From: an uncultured Dehalococcoidia bacterium | GTDB taxonomy: Bacteria; Chloroflexota; Dehalococcoidia; Dehalococcoidales; Fen-1064 | DNA length: 64,000 bases | Direction of reading: 5' to 3' | Assembly: GCA_903916765.1 (NCBI GenBank) | Contig: CAIWXV010000138.1 | Span: 14,453 to 78,452, forward strand | Shown: piece by piece, positions 10,326 to 20,058 of the stretch | Position numbering within the stretch: the first letter of the stretch is position 1 | How the letters are laid out: the number at the start of each line of letters is the position of its first letter | The notes under the pieces: model-generated | Told to the model about the DNA's origin: nothing | The model's database searches: none | What the model saw: only the letters and a program-made list of their open reading frames with translations | Program-made: the position numbers and the translations under genes

Positions 10326-11045
10326 ATGGGTGATTTTGAAGTAATTATCTATGAGAAGAAGGATAACAAGGGCTATATTACGCTCAATCGCCCCAAGTTT
10401 TTGAATGCTTATAATATCAAGATGAGAGATGAGCTTTACTATGTATTAGCGGCTGTGCGGGATGACCCTGAAGTCAAAGTTGTGATTCTCAAGGGAGCTG
10501 GAGAGAAGGCTTTCTGTGCCGGTGCCGACCTCACGGAATTTCTCACTGCACCTTCGCCGGTGATTGCCCGTCAGGTAAGATTCGAGCGGGATGTGTGGGG
10601 AATCTTTTTAAATATTCGTAAGCCTATGATTGCCGCTCTACACGGCTATGTTTTGGGTTCGGGAATAGAGATGGCGATGTGTTGCGATATTCGCATTGCT
10701 TCTGAAGATGCTCAATTCGGTGTTCCGGAGATGGGTTTAGGTATTATTCCTGCTGCCGGCGGCAGTCAGACTATTCCACGTGTGGTTGGTAGAGGCTATG
10801 CCCTGGAGATGCTTTTGTCGGGCAGATGGATTAAAGCCGATGAGGCTGAGAGAATAAAGATGGTTAATCATGTTGTCCCGCGTACGGAGCTTCTACCGAC
10901 TGTCGAGAGAATAGCCGACAGTATTAAAACATTTGACCATATGACGATAAGTTATGCCAAGCAAGCAGTCGTCAATGGTCTTGATATGACGTTGTCCCAG
11001 GGATTAGAACTTGAAGCAAAGTTAGGGAAATTCCTGTTAAATTAA
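10326..11045 (+). CDS. Enoyl-CoA hydratase/isomerase family protein
   Basis: AFCAGADLTEF, GYVLGSGIEMAMCCDIRIAS and PEMGLGIIPAAGGSQ are canonical crotonase motifs. Confidence 0.85.
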   Translation: MGDFEVIIYEKKDNKGYITLNRPKFLNAYNIKMRDELYYVLAAVRDDPEVKVVILKGAGEKAFCAGADLTEFLTAPSPVIARQVRFERDVWGIFLNIRKPMIAALHGYVLGSGIEMAMCCDIRIASEDAQFGVPEMGLGIIPAAGGSQTIPRVVGRGYALEMLLSGRWIKADEAERIKMVNHVVPRTELLPTVERIADSIKTFDHMTISYAKQAVVNGLDMTLSQGLELEAKLGKFLLN

Positions 11046-11109
11046 CGGAGAGGGATTTAATCCTTTTAATCTTTAAGGCTTTTGGAGGTCAGGATGGAGT
11101 TGAGCCAGA

Positions 11110-11850
11110 ATGGATAAAGTATATCAGAAGATTGAAGATGCAATCGCAGATGTGAATGACGGTGCAACTGTGGCCGTTGCCGGTTTCTTCGCTTGCGGAG
11201 TACCCCGGCTTCTTCTAAAGGCACTGATTAACAAGGGAACGAAGAATCTTACTCTTGCTTGTGGTTGTGGTCCTATGCTGGGTGCGGCTGACGAACTGAA
11301 GCAGTTGGTCAAAAACAAACAGCTCAAAAAAGTTATCGATTCCTATGGATTGTACCGCTCTGCTACCAAGGGTAGAGAAGACTCGTTCGAACAGGCAGTA
11401 AGAGACGGTGAAATCGAATTGGAAGTCTATCCTATGGGAACTCTGGCGGAGAAGTATCGTGCGGCAGCTGCAGGTGTGCCGGCCGTCTATTTGCCTACTG
11501 GAGTTGGTTCTATTATAGAACACAGCACGATTACCAACATATCAGGAAAAAGTATCCCGAAAGAGACGAGGGTATTTAACGGCAGAACATATATTTTGGA
11601 ATATGCGCTCAAGCCCGATTTTGCTTTTATTCATGCGCATACCGGCGATAGGGAAGGAAATCTCAAGTATAGCAAAACGGCGAGGAATTTTAATCCGGTA
11701 ATGGCAGCGGCAGCGAAGGTTACTATCGCCGAAGTAGAGAATCTGGTCGAGCTGGGTATAATCGATTCTGATAGCGTGCACACGCCAGGTATCTATATCA
11801 AACGTATCGTGCCTGTTCCCAGGATTGATTTTAGAGTATCGATTGATTAG
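11110..11850 (+). CDS. 3-oxoacid/acetate CoA-transferase subunit A
   Basis: 246 aa. VAVAGFFACGVPRLL N-terminus is typical of family I CoA-transferase alpha subunits. Paired with a B subunit downstream. Confidence 0.8.
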   Translation: MDKVYQKIEDAIADVNDGATVAVAGFFACGVPRLLLKALINKGTKNLTLACGCGPMLGAADELKQLVKNKQLKKVIDSYGLYRSATKGREDSFEQAVRDGEIELEVYPMGTLAEKYRAAAAGVPAVYLPTGVGSIIEHSTITNISGKSIPKETRVFNGRTYILEYALKPDFAFIHAHTGDREGNLKYSKTARNFNPVMAAAAKVTIAEVENLVELGIIDSDSVHTPGIYIKRIVPVPRIDFRVSID

Positions 11851-11864
11851 GAGTCTATGAAAAT

Positions 11865-12545
11865 ATGGCTAATAGTGTGAAGTTAGAAGGTATTCCGCGG
11901 GAGATGATTGCCCTGCGGGTAAGTAAGGAAATTCAGGATGGCGATTATGTTAACTTGGGTATCGGCATCCCGACCCTCGTTAGTAATTGGATTGAAGGTA
12001 GAGATATCATCCTCCAGTCTGAGATAGGTATGTTGAAAACCGGACCTCTGGCTTATGATGCTGATGTTAACCAGGACCTTATCAATGCCAGTTGCCAGCC
12101 AGTTGTGGAACTCCCGGGCACAGTTTATTTCGATATTCTGGAATCTTTCACGATGATTCGCGGTGGCAGAATGAGTATGGTCGTGATGGGGGCTCTACAA
12201 GTTAATGATAAAGGCGACTATGCAGGTTGGGCGAATCCCTCACGCGGTCTGGATGTCGGTAATATCGGCGGTTCTATGGACTTGTGTGTCGGCGCAAATA
12301 AGCTCTTTCTGGCGATGGAACATGTCGCCGTAGATGGCAAGCTGAAGATTGTTAAACATCTGACTTTCCCACCGACAACAGCAGGCAGGGTGAATAAGAT
12401 TTTTACTGACCTGGCGGTGATCGAGGTTACGCCGAAAGGGCTTTTACTTAAAGAGGTTGCTCCCGGTTTGACGGCGGCGGACGTGCAATCGGTCACCGAA
12501 CCCAAACTCATTATCAGCCCCGAATTGAAAGAAATTGAATTTTAA
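11865..12545 (+). CDS. 3-oxoacid/acetate CoA-transferase subunit B
   Basis: 226 aa. ILQSEIGML aligns with the catalytic-Glu S-E-N-G motif region of beta subunits. Confidence 0.8.
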   Translation: MANSVKLEGIPREMIALRVSKEIQDGDYVNLGIGIPTLVSNWIEGRDIILQSEIGMLKTGPLAYDADVNQDLINASCQPVVELPGTVYFDILESFTMIRGGRMSMVVMGALQVNDKGDYAGWANPSRGLDVGNIGGSMDLCVGANKLFLAMEHVAVDGKLKIVKHLTFPPTTAGRVNKIFTDLAVIEVTPKGLLLKEVAPGLTAADVQSVTEPKLIISPELKEIEF

Positions 12546-12579
12546 ACAGACTTATAAAAAAATACAAGAGGAGTAGAGG

Positions 12580-13725
12580 ATGGATTTTTTTCTTAGTGAA
12601 GACCAAAAAATGCTGAAGACAATGGTGCGTGAATTTGCCGAAAAAGAGATCGGTCCTCTCGCTGCCAAAATAGATGATGAATCTTATTTCCCGGTAGAGA
12701 TTGTCAAGAAGGCATCGGAGATTGGTTTAATGGGTACCGGCTATCCGGAAGAGTATGGCGGAAGCGGCGGCGGTGCTTTGGAGCAGATAATTGTTTTCGA
12801 AGAGGTGGCAAGAATTTGTGCCTCGACCTGTGTTATTCTAGCCGCTTCTTGTGAACTTGCCGCGCATCCCATTTTTCATTATGGCACCGAAGAGCAGAAG
12901 AAGAAATTTCTAGTCCCCATTCTAACCGGTAAAAAACTTGGGGCATTCGGTTTGACGGAAGCTGGCGCCGGTAGTGATGTAGCGGCAATGCAAACTACCG
13001 CGACTAAGAAGAATGGTGGCTATGTCCTGAACGGTAATAAAATCTTCATTACCAACGGCGTTGAAGCGGAACTTATTACTGTTTTTGCTATGCTGGATAA
13101 GTCGTTGGGCTATAAGGGAGTAACGGCTTTCGTTGTGGAGAAGGGCACACCTGGCTATTCGGTCGGCAAGCACGAACGCAAACTGGGTATTCGCGGCTCA
13201 TCGACAGCTGAACTTGTTTTCGATAACTGTTTTATTCCCGAAGGGAATCGAATCGGTCCTGATGGTAAAGGCTTCCGTATTGCTCTGGAGACGATTGATG
13301 GCAGTCGTATCGGTATCGCGGCTCAATCGATTGGAATTGCTCAGGCAGCGTTCGAAACAGCTCTGGCTTATGCTAAGGAACGTCAACAATTCGGACAACC
13401 GCTTGCCAATTTCCAAGGAATTCAGTGGATGCTGGCAGATATGGCAACTCGGCTTGAGGCGGCACGCTTGCTTGCTTACCGTGCCGCATTCTTGAGAGAC
13501 CAGCATTTGCCATTTGCAAAAGAGGCATCGATGGCCAAGGTCTATGCGGCGGAGATGTCTGCTTTTGTTACTACCAAAGCTATACAGATTCACGGTGGTT
13601 ATGGTTTTACCAAGGATTTCCCTGTGGAGCGTTATTTCCGCGATGCCCGCATCACGGAAATTTACGAGGGCACTTCGGAAATGCAGAGAATGACCATTGC
13701 CCGATTATTGCTTAAGGGCGAATAA
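12580..13725 (+). CDS. Acyl-CoA dehydrogenase (short/medium-chain type)
   Basis: 381 aa. GLTEAGAGSDVAAM and catalytic-base context ITEIYEGTSEMQR. Confidence 0.9.
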   Translation: MDFFLSEDQKMLKTMVREFAEKEIGPLAAKIDDESYFPVEIVKKASEIGLMGTGYPEEYGGSGGGALEQIIVFEEVARICASTCVILAASCELAAHPIFHYGTEEQKKKFLVPILTGKKLGAFGLTEAGAGSDVAAMQTTATKKNGGYVLNGNKIFITNGVEAELITVFAMLDKSLGYKGVTAFVVEKGTPGYSVGKHERKLGIRGSSTAELVFDNCFIPEGNRIGPDGKGFRIALETIDGSRIGIAAQSIGIAQAAFETALAYAKERQQFGQPLANFQGIQWMLADMATRLEAARLLAYRAAFLRDQHLPFAKEASMAKVYAAEMSAFVTTKAIQIHGGYGFTKDFPVERYFRDARITEIYEGTSEMQRMTIARLLLKGE

Positions 13726-13752
13726 GACACATCTTAGTATCGATTGAATTAA

Positions 13753-13795
13753 ATATGCTCCTGCTGAGGTTATCATCGGCAGGAGCATATTTTTT
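13753..13795. terminator. Bidirectional intrinsic terminator between convergent genes
   Basis: atatgctcctgc / 14-nt loop / gcaggagcatat is a 12-bp perfect stem, flanked by aaa on the left and ttttt on the right. Confidence 0.75.
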
Positions 13796-13820
13796 AGTCA
13801 TAGATTGGCGCTGGTAAATC

Positions 13821-14279
13821 TTAAACACCTGCCAGAAAGAGCCAGAGCCAAGCAATTGTAATACCTAATATGCACCCGACAATGACCTGAAACGGAGTGT
13901 GTCCTACCAGTTCTCTCAGATCTGCTTCCAACTTAAACAGGGGCTGTTTTTCTCTGAGTTCACGCATGATGCGATTTAGAAGGACAGATTGCTGCCCTAC
14001 GGATTGACGAATGCCTGCGGCGTCATACATTACTATTAATGCCAGAACGGCTGAAATAGCGAAGGTCGTCGACGCAAAACCATCTATCATGGCGATTGCA
14101 GTGGCTAAAGCGCTGACTGTTGCCGAATGTGCACTGGGCATTCCTCCGCTATTAATGAGATAGCTCCAATCGAATCCCTTGCCATACGCCAGTGCTACCA
14201 GTGTCTTTATCGACTGAGCAATGACCCAGACGCAAAAGGGTATTACCACAACCTTATTGGTGATTAAATCGTAAAACAT
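13821..14279 (-). CDS. Divergent PAP2/DUF212 family membrane protein (YuiD-like)
   Basis: 152 aa membrane protein with GGMPSAHSATVSALATAI and MYDAAGIRQ motifs. Confidence 0.7.
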   Translation of the reverse strand: MFYDLITNKVVVIPFCVWVIAQSIKTLVALAYGKGFDWSYLINSGGMPSAHSATVSALATAIAMIDGFASTTFAISAVLALIVMYDAAGIRQSVGQQSVLLNRIMRELREKQPLFKLEADLRELVGHTPFQVIVGCILGITIAWLWLFLAGV

Positions 14280-14287
14280 CTATTATC

Positions 14288-14980
14288 TTATTGACCTCTG
14301 TTTGCAGATGCCTTGTTTATCCATAATCGACGGTCGGCGATATCACGGTCGAAAAGCAACCTGTTGATAAATACTGTTCCCAGCGGGACTTTTTTGCTGA
14401 GTTCAGTACGGCGGGCGACAACCCTCTTTAACAAAGCCATTGCCGAAAGTGCTGCAAGCCCTAAAGAGATCGGTAGTTTTTCTTTAATACCTAGAGGACC
14501 TGCCAGAAAATAGCCGAAGAATGGTATGGAAATGAGGGCGACGAATACTCCGAAAGCGACCTGTTTAATTGGTGCAAATAGGTAGGGGAGTATCAGAACT
14601 ATGAGCCCCAGTTTCCAGGAGAGCATGCTGATAACACCCAGGGAGGCAAAAATTCCGCGTCCGCTACTCTTAAATCGGAGATATATGGGCCAGTTATGCC
14701 CGCCGATGGCAAAAAGTCCTACCGTTACCTGCTGGGCGGCGTTAAGTCCGATTAATTGAGCTGCCCAGACCGCTAATGCTCCTTTGCCGATATCGAAGAG
14801 GGCTACCGGTATTGCTAACCACTTTGGGCCGCCGGCACTGAGTACATTTGCCGCACCGACCTTGCCCGTGCCGACTGTGCGGATATCGATTCCTCGTGCC
14901 CATTTAACTGCCAGATAAGCAGCAGGTACGGAGCCGAGTAGGTAAGCTCCAATCGCTAGCACTATGAATTGGACAAGCAT
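14288..14980 (-). CDS. plsY: Glycerol-3-phosphate acyltransferase PlsY family
   Basis: Polytopic. LGSVPAAYLAVKWARGIDIRTVGTGKVGAANVLS matches the PlsY G-x-G-N-x-GA-x-N region (variant). Confidence 0.7.
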   Translation of the reverse strand: MLVQFIVLAIGAYLLGSVPAAYLAVKWARGIDIRTVGTGKVGAANVLSAGGPKWLAIPVALFDIGKGALAVWAAQLIGLNAAQQVTVGLFAIGGHNWPIYLRFKSSGRGIFASLGVISMLSWKLGLIVLILPYLFAPIKQVAFGVFVALISIPFFGYFLAGPLGIKEKLPISLGLAALSAMALLKRVVARRTELSKKVPLGTVFINRLLFDRDIADRRLWINKASANRGQ

Positions 14981-14998
14981 AAGCCCTCCTCCTGAAAG

Positions 14999-15844
14999 CT
15001 AATTGCTTCTAAATTCCCTCTGTTCCGCCAGAGTGAAAAGTTTCTCTATGGATTGCATCGGGACATTGATATTTCCAAGCATCGTTTCATTGGCGTCATC
15101 GATGCCGTGATAGTCGCTGCCACCGGTGGGAATGAGGTTATAAGTATTCGCTAGTTTAAATAGCGAGTTAATTTGTTCGAGTGAATAGTCTGCGTAATAA
15201 ACTTCGATGCCCATCATTCCGGAGGTTGCTAATTCTTTGATTGTCGATTCAGTATCGGGAATCGTAAGCGGATGTGCCAGTACTGGTAAGCCGTTAGCTT
15301 TCAATATCAGTTGAACTGCCTCTGCTGGAGTCAGTTTTTCACGCTCCACATAAGCGGGCCCATTATGCCCGATGTATTTTTCGAAAGCCTCTTTGAAAGA
15401 TTTAATATAGCCTTTTTCCAGTAGTGCCTGAGCAATATGGGGTCTGCCTAGAGTAGAGCTCCCCGCTATTTCTCTGACTCTTTCCCATTCGATTTTACAA
15501 CCGAGGGCTCTCAATTTTTCAGTCATCTTATAGGCTCGTTCTACCCGCGAGTTACGCATTCGCATCAAACTATCCCCGAAGTTCTTATTAGTGTAGTCAA
15601 TAAAATATCCTAGCACATGTACTTCCCCGTTGGGAACATCCGTGCTGATTTCTAGCGCCGGGATTACTCTCAATTGGGGAAATTGTTTAGCTGCTGATAT
15701 CGCTTCAGGGATACCATCTACGGTATCATGGTCGGAAATAGCGATAACCGTCAGTCCAGCTTCAGCCGCCTTGCGAATGATTTCAGTGGGGCTGTAACGT
15801 CCATCCGATGCTGTCGTATGTACATGCAGATCTGCTTTGGACAC
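14999..15844 (-). CDS. PHP-domain metal-dependent phosphoesterase (TrpH/YciV-like)
   Basis: DLHVHTTASDGRYSP and ISDHDTVDG. The GTG start overlaps the ymdB stop (TAGTG). Confidence 0.8.
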   Translation of the reverse strand: MSKADLHVHTTASDGRYSPTEIIRKAAEAGLTVIAISDHDTVDGIPEAISAAKQFPQLRVIPALEISTDVPNGEVHVLGYFIDYTNKNFGDSLMRMRNSRVERAYKMTEKLRALGCKIEWERVREIAGSSTLGRPHIAQALLEKGYIKSFKEAFEKYIGHNGPAYVEREKLTPAEAVQLILKANGLPVLAHPLTIPDTESTIKELATSGMMGIEVYYADYSLEQINSLFKLANTYNLIPTGGSDYHGIDDANETMLGNINVPMQSIEKLFTLAEQREFRSN

Positions 15845-16614
15845 TATTCGGTCTCCCTCTGCAATCGCTCGATACCGGTGGATTTGCCGGTGATGTCATC
15901 GACTCTGACCAGAACGGCATTGATAACACTTTTGCCGCTACCGGCTGCTAAATGATGGGGTAGCTGAGTCAGGAAACGTTTGAGCACATTCTCAGGATCG
16001 TCGCCGATAATGGAGTCAATAGGTCCTGTCATCCCGATGTCGGTAACGTAGGCAGTACCTTTTGGCAGGAGTTGGGCATCAATCGTGCCGACGTGTGTGT
16101 GTGTACCGAGCACGGCGCTAACTCTTCCGTCCAGATAGCGCCCCAGCGCTACTTTCTCCGAAGTAGCTTCAGCGTGAAAGTCTACAATAATGATAGGAGG
16201 TTTATTTTCCAATTTTGCCAGTAAATTGTCCATCGTACGGAAAGGACAATCATAACTATTTGTAAAAAAGGTTCTCCCGATAAGATTAACCACGAGCACA
16301 CTTTTTTTGACGAGATATCCCTTACCGGGAACACCCGGCGGATAGTTCAATGGCCTGATGAGAGGCATTTCGCTATCGAGACACGGGAGAATAGTCTTGT
16401 GTGTCCAGATATGGTTACCCGAAGTCAGAACATCCGCTCCTGCTTTGAGTAATTCTTCCGCGGTCTCCGGTGTGACTCCAATACCGTGGGCGACGTTCTC
16501 GGCATTCATGATAGTTAAGTCTACCCCGTATTCCTGTTTGATTCCCGGTAGTAATTTGTTTAAAGCTTGTCTGCCCGGCTTGCCGATAACGTCTCCGACA
16601 ACCAGTATCAACAT
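15844..16614 (-). CDS. ymdB: YmdB-family metallophosphoesterase (2',3'-cyclic-nucleotide phosphodiesterase)
   Basis: ILVVGDVIGKPGR, MNAENVAHGIG and SGNHIW. Lies immediately downstream of rny, as in Firmicutes. Confidence 0.85.
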   Translation of the reverse strand: MLILVVGDVIGKPGRQALNKLLPGIKQEYGVDLTIMNAENVAHGIGVTPETAEELLKAGADVLTSGNHIWTHKTILPCLDSEMPLIRPLNYPPGVPGKGYLVKKSVLVVNLIGRTFFTNSYDCPFRTMDNLLAKLENKPPIIIVDFHAEATSEKVALGRYLDGRVSAVLGTHTHVGTIDAQLLPKGTAYVTDIGMTGPIDSIIGDDPENVLKRFLTQLPHHLAAGSGKSVINAVLVRVDDITGKSTGIERLQRETE

Positions 16615-16632
16615 TTTTATCTCTATCCTTTT

Positions 16633-18174
16633 TTACTTGGCAAAATCTACCGCTCGGGTTTCACGGATAACCGTAACCCTTATTTGTCCGGGGTATTCCA
16701 TACCCTCTTCTATTTTCTTCACGATATCACGGGCAAGACGCATTGCATTTAAATCATCGATTTCCTCAGGTTTGACCAGAATACGAACTTCGCGTCCAGC
16801 CTGAATGGCAAATGACTTTTCTACACCCTTGAAACTGTTAGCGATATCTTCCAGTGCCTTAAGCCGTTTCAGATAGTTGTCCAGCGATTCTCTGCGTGCT
16901 CCAGGACGGGCGCTACTGATAGCATCAGCAGCGGAGATGATATAACCCCATGTGCTGGTATTGGCGGTTTCACCATGATGTTCGGCGATACCCATAACCA
17001 CTTCGGGTGATTTTTCCCATTGTTTAACCAGGTCGGCACCGATTGCCGCATGAGTGCCTTCAACTTCACGGTCGACTGCTTTACCGATATCGTGGAGCAA
17101 GCCGGCTTTTTTGGCGATGGTGGGATTGGCGCCTAATTCCGAGGCAATCATTTGTGCGGCAAAAGCTACCTCGATACTGTGTGCCAGAACACTCTGTCCG
17201 TAGCTGGTGCGGTATTTGAGTCTTCCCAGTAATTTTATCAATTCAGGTCGTAGCCCTTGAACGCCTACCTGATAAGCGGCTTGTTCGCCGGCGGTTTGAA
17301 TACTGACATTAACTTCTTCCTCTGCTTTCTTGACCACTTCCTCGATACGGGCAGGGTGAATACGTCCATCCAGGATGAGTTTGTTTAGCGCTATTCGGGC
17401 GATCTCACGACGTACAGGGTCGAAGCTTGAAAGAGTAACTGCTTCCGGAGTATCGTCGACGATAAGGTCAACTCCTGTAGCCTGCTCCAGTGCTCTGATA
17501 TTACGGCCTTCTCTTCCGATGAGCCGTCCCTTCATTTCATCGCTGGGGATAGGGACACTGGTGGCGGTGGTCTCCGAGACTATCTCTGAGGCACTGCGCT
17601 GAATTGCCTGCGCCAGGATTTGTTGTGACCTGACATCGGCTTCTTCTTTTAGTTTTATTTCCCATTCGTGCAGTCTACGAGAAGCCTCTGCTTTCATTTC
17701 CGACTCGACACTCTGGAGTAGTATTTCTTTTGCTTGTTCAGTGGACATACCGGAAATAACTTCCAGTTGTTTCAATTCCTTATCCCGTGCTTCTTCAATT
17801 TGCGCACGAATGGTTTCCAGGGATTTCTCTTTGTTGGCTAGAGCCCTTTCACGTTGTCCCACACCTTCCAGTTTCCGCTCCAGATTCTCGGTCTTGGAAA
17901 GCAGACGATTTTCCTGTCTTTCCAGTTCCATGCGGCGTTCACGATACTCGTTAGAAGCCGCTGTTCTAATTTTTTCGGCTTCGGTCCGGGACTGCTCGAT
18001 AATTTTCCCTCCTTCCTCTTTGGCTTCGATGATGGTTCTGCTTACTTTCCGTTGAGTAACACGTAGTAGACGATTGACTGCCATTCTGCGGAAGAAGAAG
18101 ACGATAGCACCGCCAAGGACAACGCCAATAATTAAACTTGATACATATAAAATCGCTATTATTCCCGAACTCAT
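16633..18174 (-). CDS. rny: Ribonuclease Y
   Basis: N-terminal TM helix, long coiled coil, KH ([15 protein letters not shown]) and HD ([10 protein letters not shown]). Confidence 0.95.
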   Translation of the reverse strand: MSSGIIAILYVSSLIIGVVLGGAIVFFFRRMAVNRLLRVTQRKVSRTIIEAKEEGGKIIEQSRTEAEKIRTAASNEYRERRMELERQENRLLSKTENLERKLEGVGQRERALANKEKSLETIRAQIEEARDKELKQLEVISGMSTEQAKEILLQSVESEMKAEASRRLHEWEIKLKEEADVRSQQILAQAIQRSASEIVSETTATSVPIPSDEMKGRLIGREGRNIRALEQATGVDLIVDDTPEAVTLSSFDPVRREIARIALNKLILDGRIHPARIEEVVKKAEEEVNVSIQTAGEQAAYQVGVQGLRPELIKLLGRLKYRTSYGQSVLAHSIEVAFAAQMIASELGANPTIAKKAGLLHDIGKAVDREVEGTHAAIGADLVKQWEKSPEVVMGIAEHHGETANTSTWGYIISAADAISSARPGARRESLDNYLKRLKALEDIANSFKGVEKSFAIQAGREVRILVKPEEIDDLNAMRLARDIVKKIEEGMEYPGQIRVTVIRETRAVDFAK

Positions 18175-18213
18175 TTTTTACCTCACTTTCTCTGAACACT
18201 GCCTGATGTTTGT

Positions 18214-18846
18214 TTATCTCTGATCTGCCAGTTCCTGCCAGACTCTTTTTATGGTTTGGTTGATTGCCGAATAGCCGAAGCCCCTTCGCTTTAGATAATC
18301 ACCCAATCGGCGACGAAAGGTTTCATATTCCTGATGTGACAGGTGTTTAGCTTTACTAAGAGCGGCACGATATGCAGAATCATGATCATCCATCTGACTA
18401 ACTACGTTATCGATAGTTTCGTCAGCCACCCCTTTTCTTTTCAGTTCCAGACGGATTAATCGCTGACTGGTTGGGCGAAAACTCTCACGGTTTTCCTTCC
18501 AGAACTTAGCAAAGGCAGTATCATCCAGTAGATTTTGCTCCTTTAATTTATTTATTACTATTTCAATTTGAGAATCTTCAAAATTACGTTGCTGAAGTCG
18601 CTCTCTTATCTCTGACTCACTACGTGGCCTGTGACTGAGGTAACGGTAAGCCACATTGAGACAAGTGCTCAAGCCGATATTTTTTGTTAATGCCTCAAGC
18701 TGGTCCGTAGATAATTCCTGTCCAATCTTCAGCCCTTCTTTTACCGCTACCCCCGTATCCATACTCATGGCGAATTTGCCATCCAAGAACAAACTTGCCC
18801 TTTTATTGGTACGTTTGCTGGTCCTGAGAGCGGTAATTTTACCCAT
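18214..18846 (-). CDS. recX: Recombination regulator RecX
   Basis: 210 aa helical-repeat protein (YLSHRPRSESEIRERLQQRNF...), directly downstream of recA. Confidence 0.8.
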   Translation of the reverse strand: MGKITALRTSKRTNKRASLFLDGKFAMSMDTGVAVKEGLKIGQELSTDQLEALTKNIGLSTCLNVAYRYLSHRPRSESEIRERLQQRNFEDSQIEIVINKLKEQNLLDDTAFAKFWKENRESFRPTSQRLIRLELKRKGVADETIDNVVSQMDDHDSAYRAALSKAKHLSHQEYETFRRRLGDYLKRRGFGYSAINQTIKRVWQELADQR

Positions 18847-18857
18847 TTCCCTTACCT

Positions 18858-18895
18858 ATAAAAAACACAAAAGCTGAAGTATTTAGCCTCAGCTT
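18858..18895 (-). terminator. Intrinsic terminator/attenuator between recA and recX
   Basis: Minus strand reads aagctga(gg)-loop-(tt)tcagctt followed by ttttgtgtttttt. 7-bp core stem. Confidence 0.55.
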
Positions 18896-18937
18896 AAAAT
18901 AAGTCACCAGTTTTTTAATTTTCTACTCTTCAGAGAA

Positions 18938-19957
18938 TCACTGGTCGTTTGCCACCGTTTGGGGGCTTTGCATAGCTGAGGTTCTAACCTGTTGCTCTAA
19001 CTCCTTTGCAATTTCAGGTTTCTGAGCAAGGAAGCTCTTAGCGTTTTCTCTTCCCTGCCCCAGACGAGTATCACCCCAAGAGAAAAATGCCCCGCTCTTT
19101 TTGACCAGCCCCATCTCAACCCCTAAGTCAAGAAGATCACCCTCGCGGCTAATCCCGTGTGAAAACATAATATCGAACTCAGCCGTTCTGAAAGGAGGCG
19201 CCACCTTATTTTTTACTACTCTGGCTTTGACGCGATTGCCAACTGCCTCTTCGCCGTGCTTGATTGTTTCACTGCGCCTCAAATCGATTCTTACGGAACT
19301 GTAGAACTTCAGAGCTCTACCACCGGGTGTCACTTCGGGATTACCGAAAACGATTCCGACCTTCTCTCTTAATTGGTTGATGAATATTACCGCTGTTCCT
19401 GATTTTCCAATCGCTACCGCCAGTTTCCTGAGCGCTTGCGACATCAGGCGAGCTTGCAAGGCAACCTGGCTATCACCCATCTCCCCTTCAATCTCAGCTC
19501 GCGGAACTAAAGCGGCTACACTATCAATCACGATGACATCGACTGCTCCGCTACGTACAAGCGCTTCACAAATCTCAAGCGCTTGTTCCCCGGTATCAGG
19601 TTGAGAGATGAGCATGTCGTCGATATTGACACCCAATTGGTTCGAATAAGCTGGGTCTAGGGCATGTTCTACGTCAATATAAGCGGCGATGCCCCCCTTC
19701 TTTTGTGATTCTGCAATTATATGTAGTGCTAAAGTTGTTTTACCTGATGACTCGGGACCAAATATCTCGGTGATGCGCCCTTTGGGAATTCCTCCTACGC
19801 CGAGAGCGATGTCGAGTGAAATAGCACCGCTGGAGATGACTCCGGAGATTGCCACCCCGGTCGATTCCCCTAGCTTCATAATTGAGCCTTTACCAAAGCG
19901 CTTTTCAATTTGGCTTATGGCTAGCTCCAGTGCCTTAACTCTCTCTTCTGTGGTCAT
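18938..19957 (-). CDS. recA: Recombinase RecA
   Basis: Walker [17 protein letters not shown] and [25 protein letters not shown] 19957 ([11 protein letters not shown]...) preferred over the track start at 19981. Confidence 0.95.
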   Translation of the reverse strand: MTTEERVKALELAISQIEKRFGKGSIMKLGESTGVAISGVISSGAISLDIALGVGGIPKGRITEIFGPESSGKTTLALHIIAESQKKGGIAAYIDVEHALDPAYSNQLGVNIDDMLISQPDTGEQALEICEALVRSGAVDVIVIDSVAALVPRAEIEGEMGDSQVALQARLMSQALRKLAVAIGKSGTAVIFINQLREKVGIVFGNPEVTPGGRALKFYSSVRIDLRRSETIKHGEEAVGNRVKARVVKNKVAPPFRTAEFDIMFSHGISREGDLLDLGVEMGLVKKSGAFFSWGDTRLGQGRENAKSFLAQKPEIAKELEQQVRTSAMQSPQTVANDQ

Positions 19958-20010
19958 ATCCGTCTTACATAATGATACCATAGACTACTGTCAAAGAACA
20001 AGGATATTTT

Positions 20011-20024
20011 GGTACAAATGTTCG
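20011..20024 (-). promoter_or_regulatory. Candidate Cheo-type SOS (LexA) box upstream of recA
   Basis: Minus strand reads cGAACatttGTACc versus the consensus CGAAC-N4-GTTCG (one core mismatch). 55-68 nt upstream of ATG 19957. Confidence 0.4.
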
Positions 20025-20058
20025 TCTAGTAACGTTGTGGAGAAAAATATTATTTGGT

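Noticed and set aside
13133-13495. 120-aa alternate-frame ORF, plus antisense ORFs, inside the acyl-CoA dehydrogenase gene
   Set aside because: They are embedded in a strongly conserved CDS and have no SD or recognisable motif.
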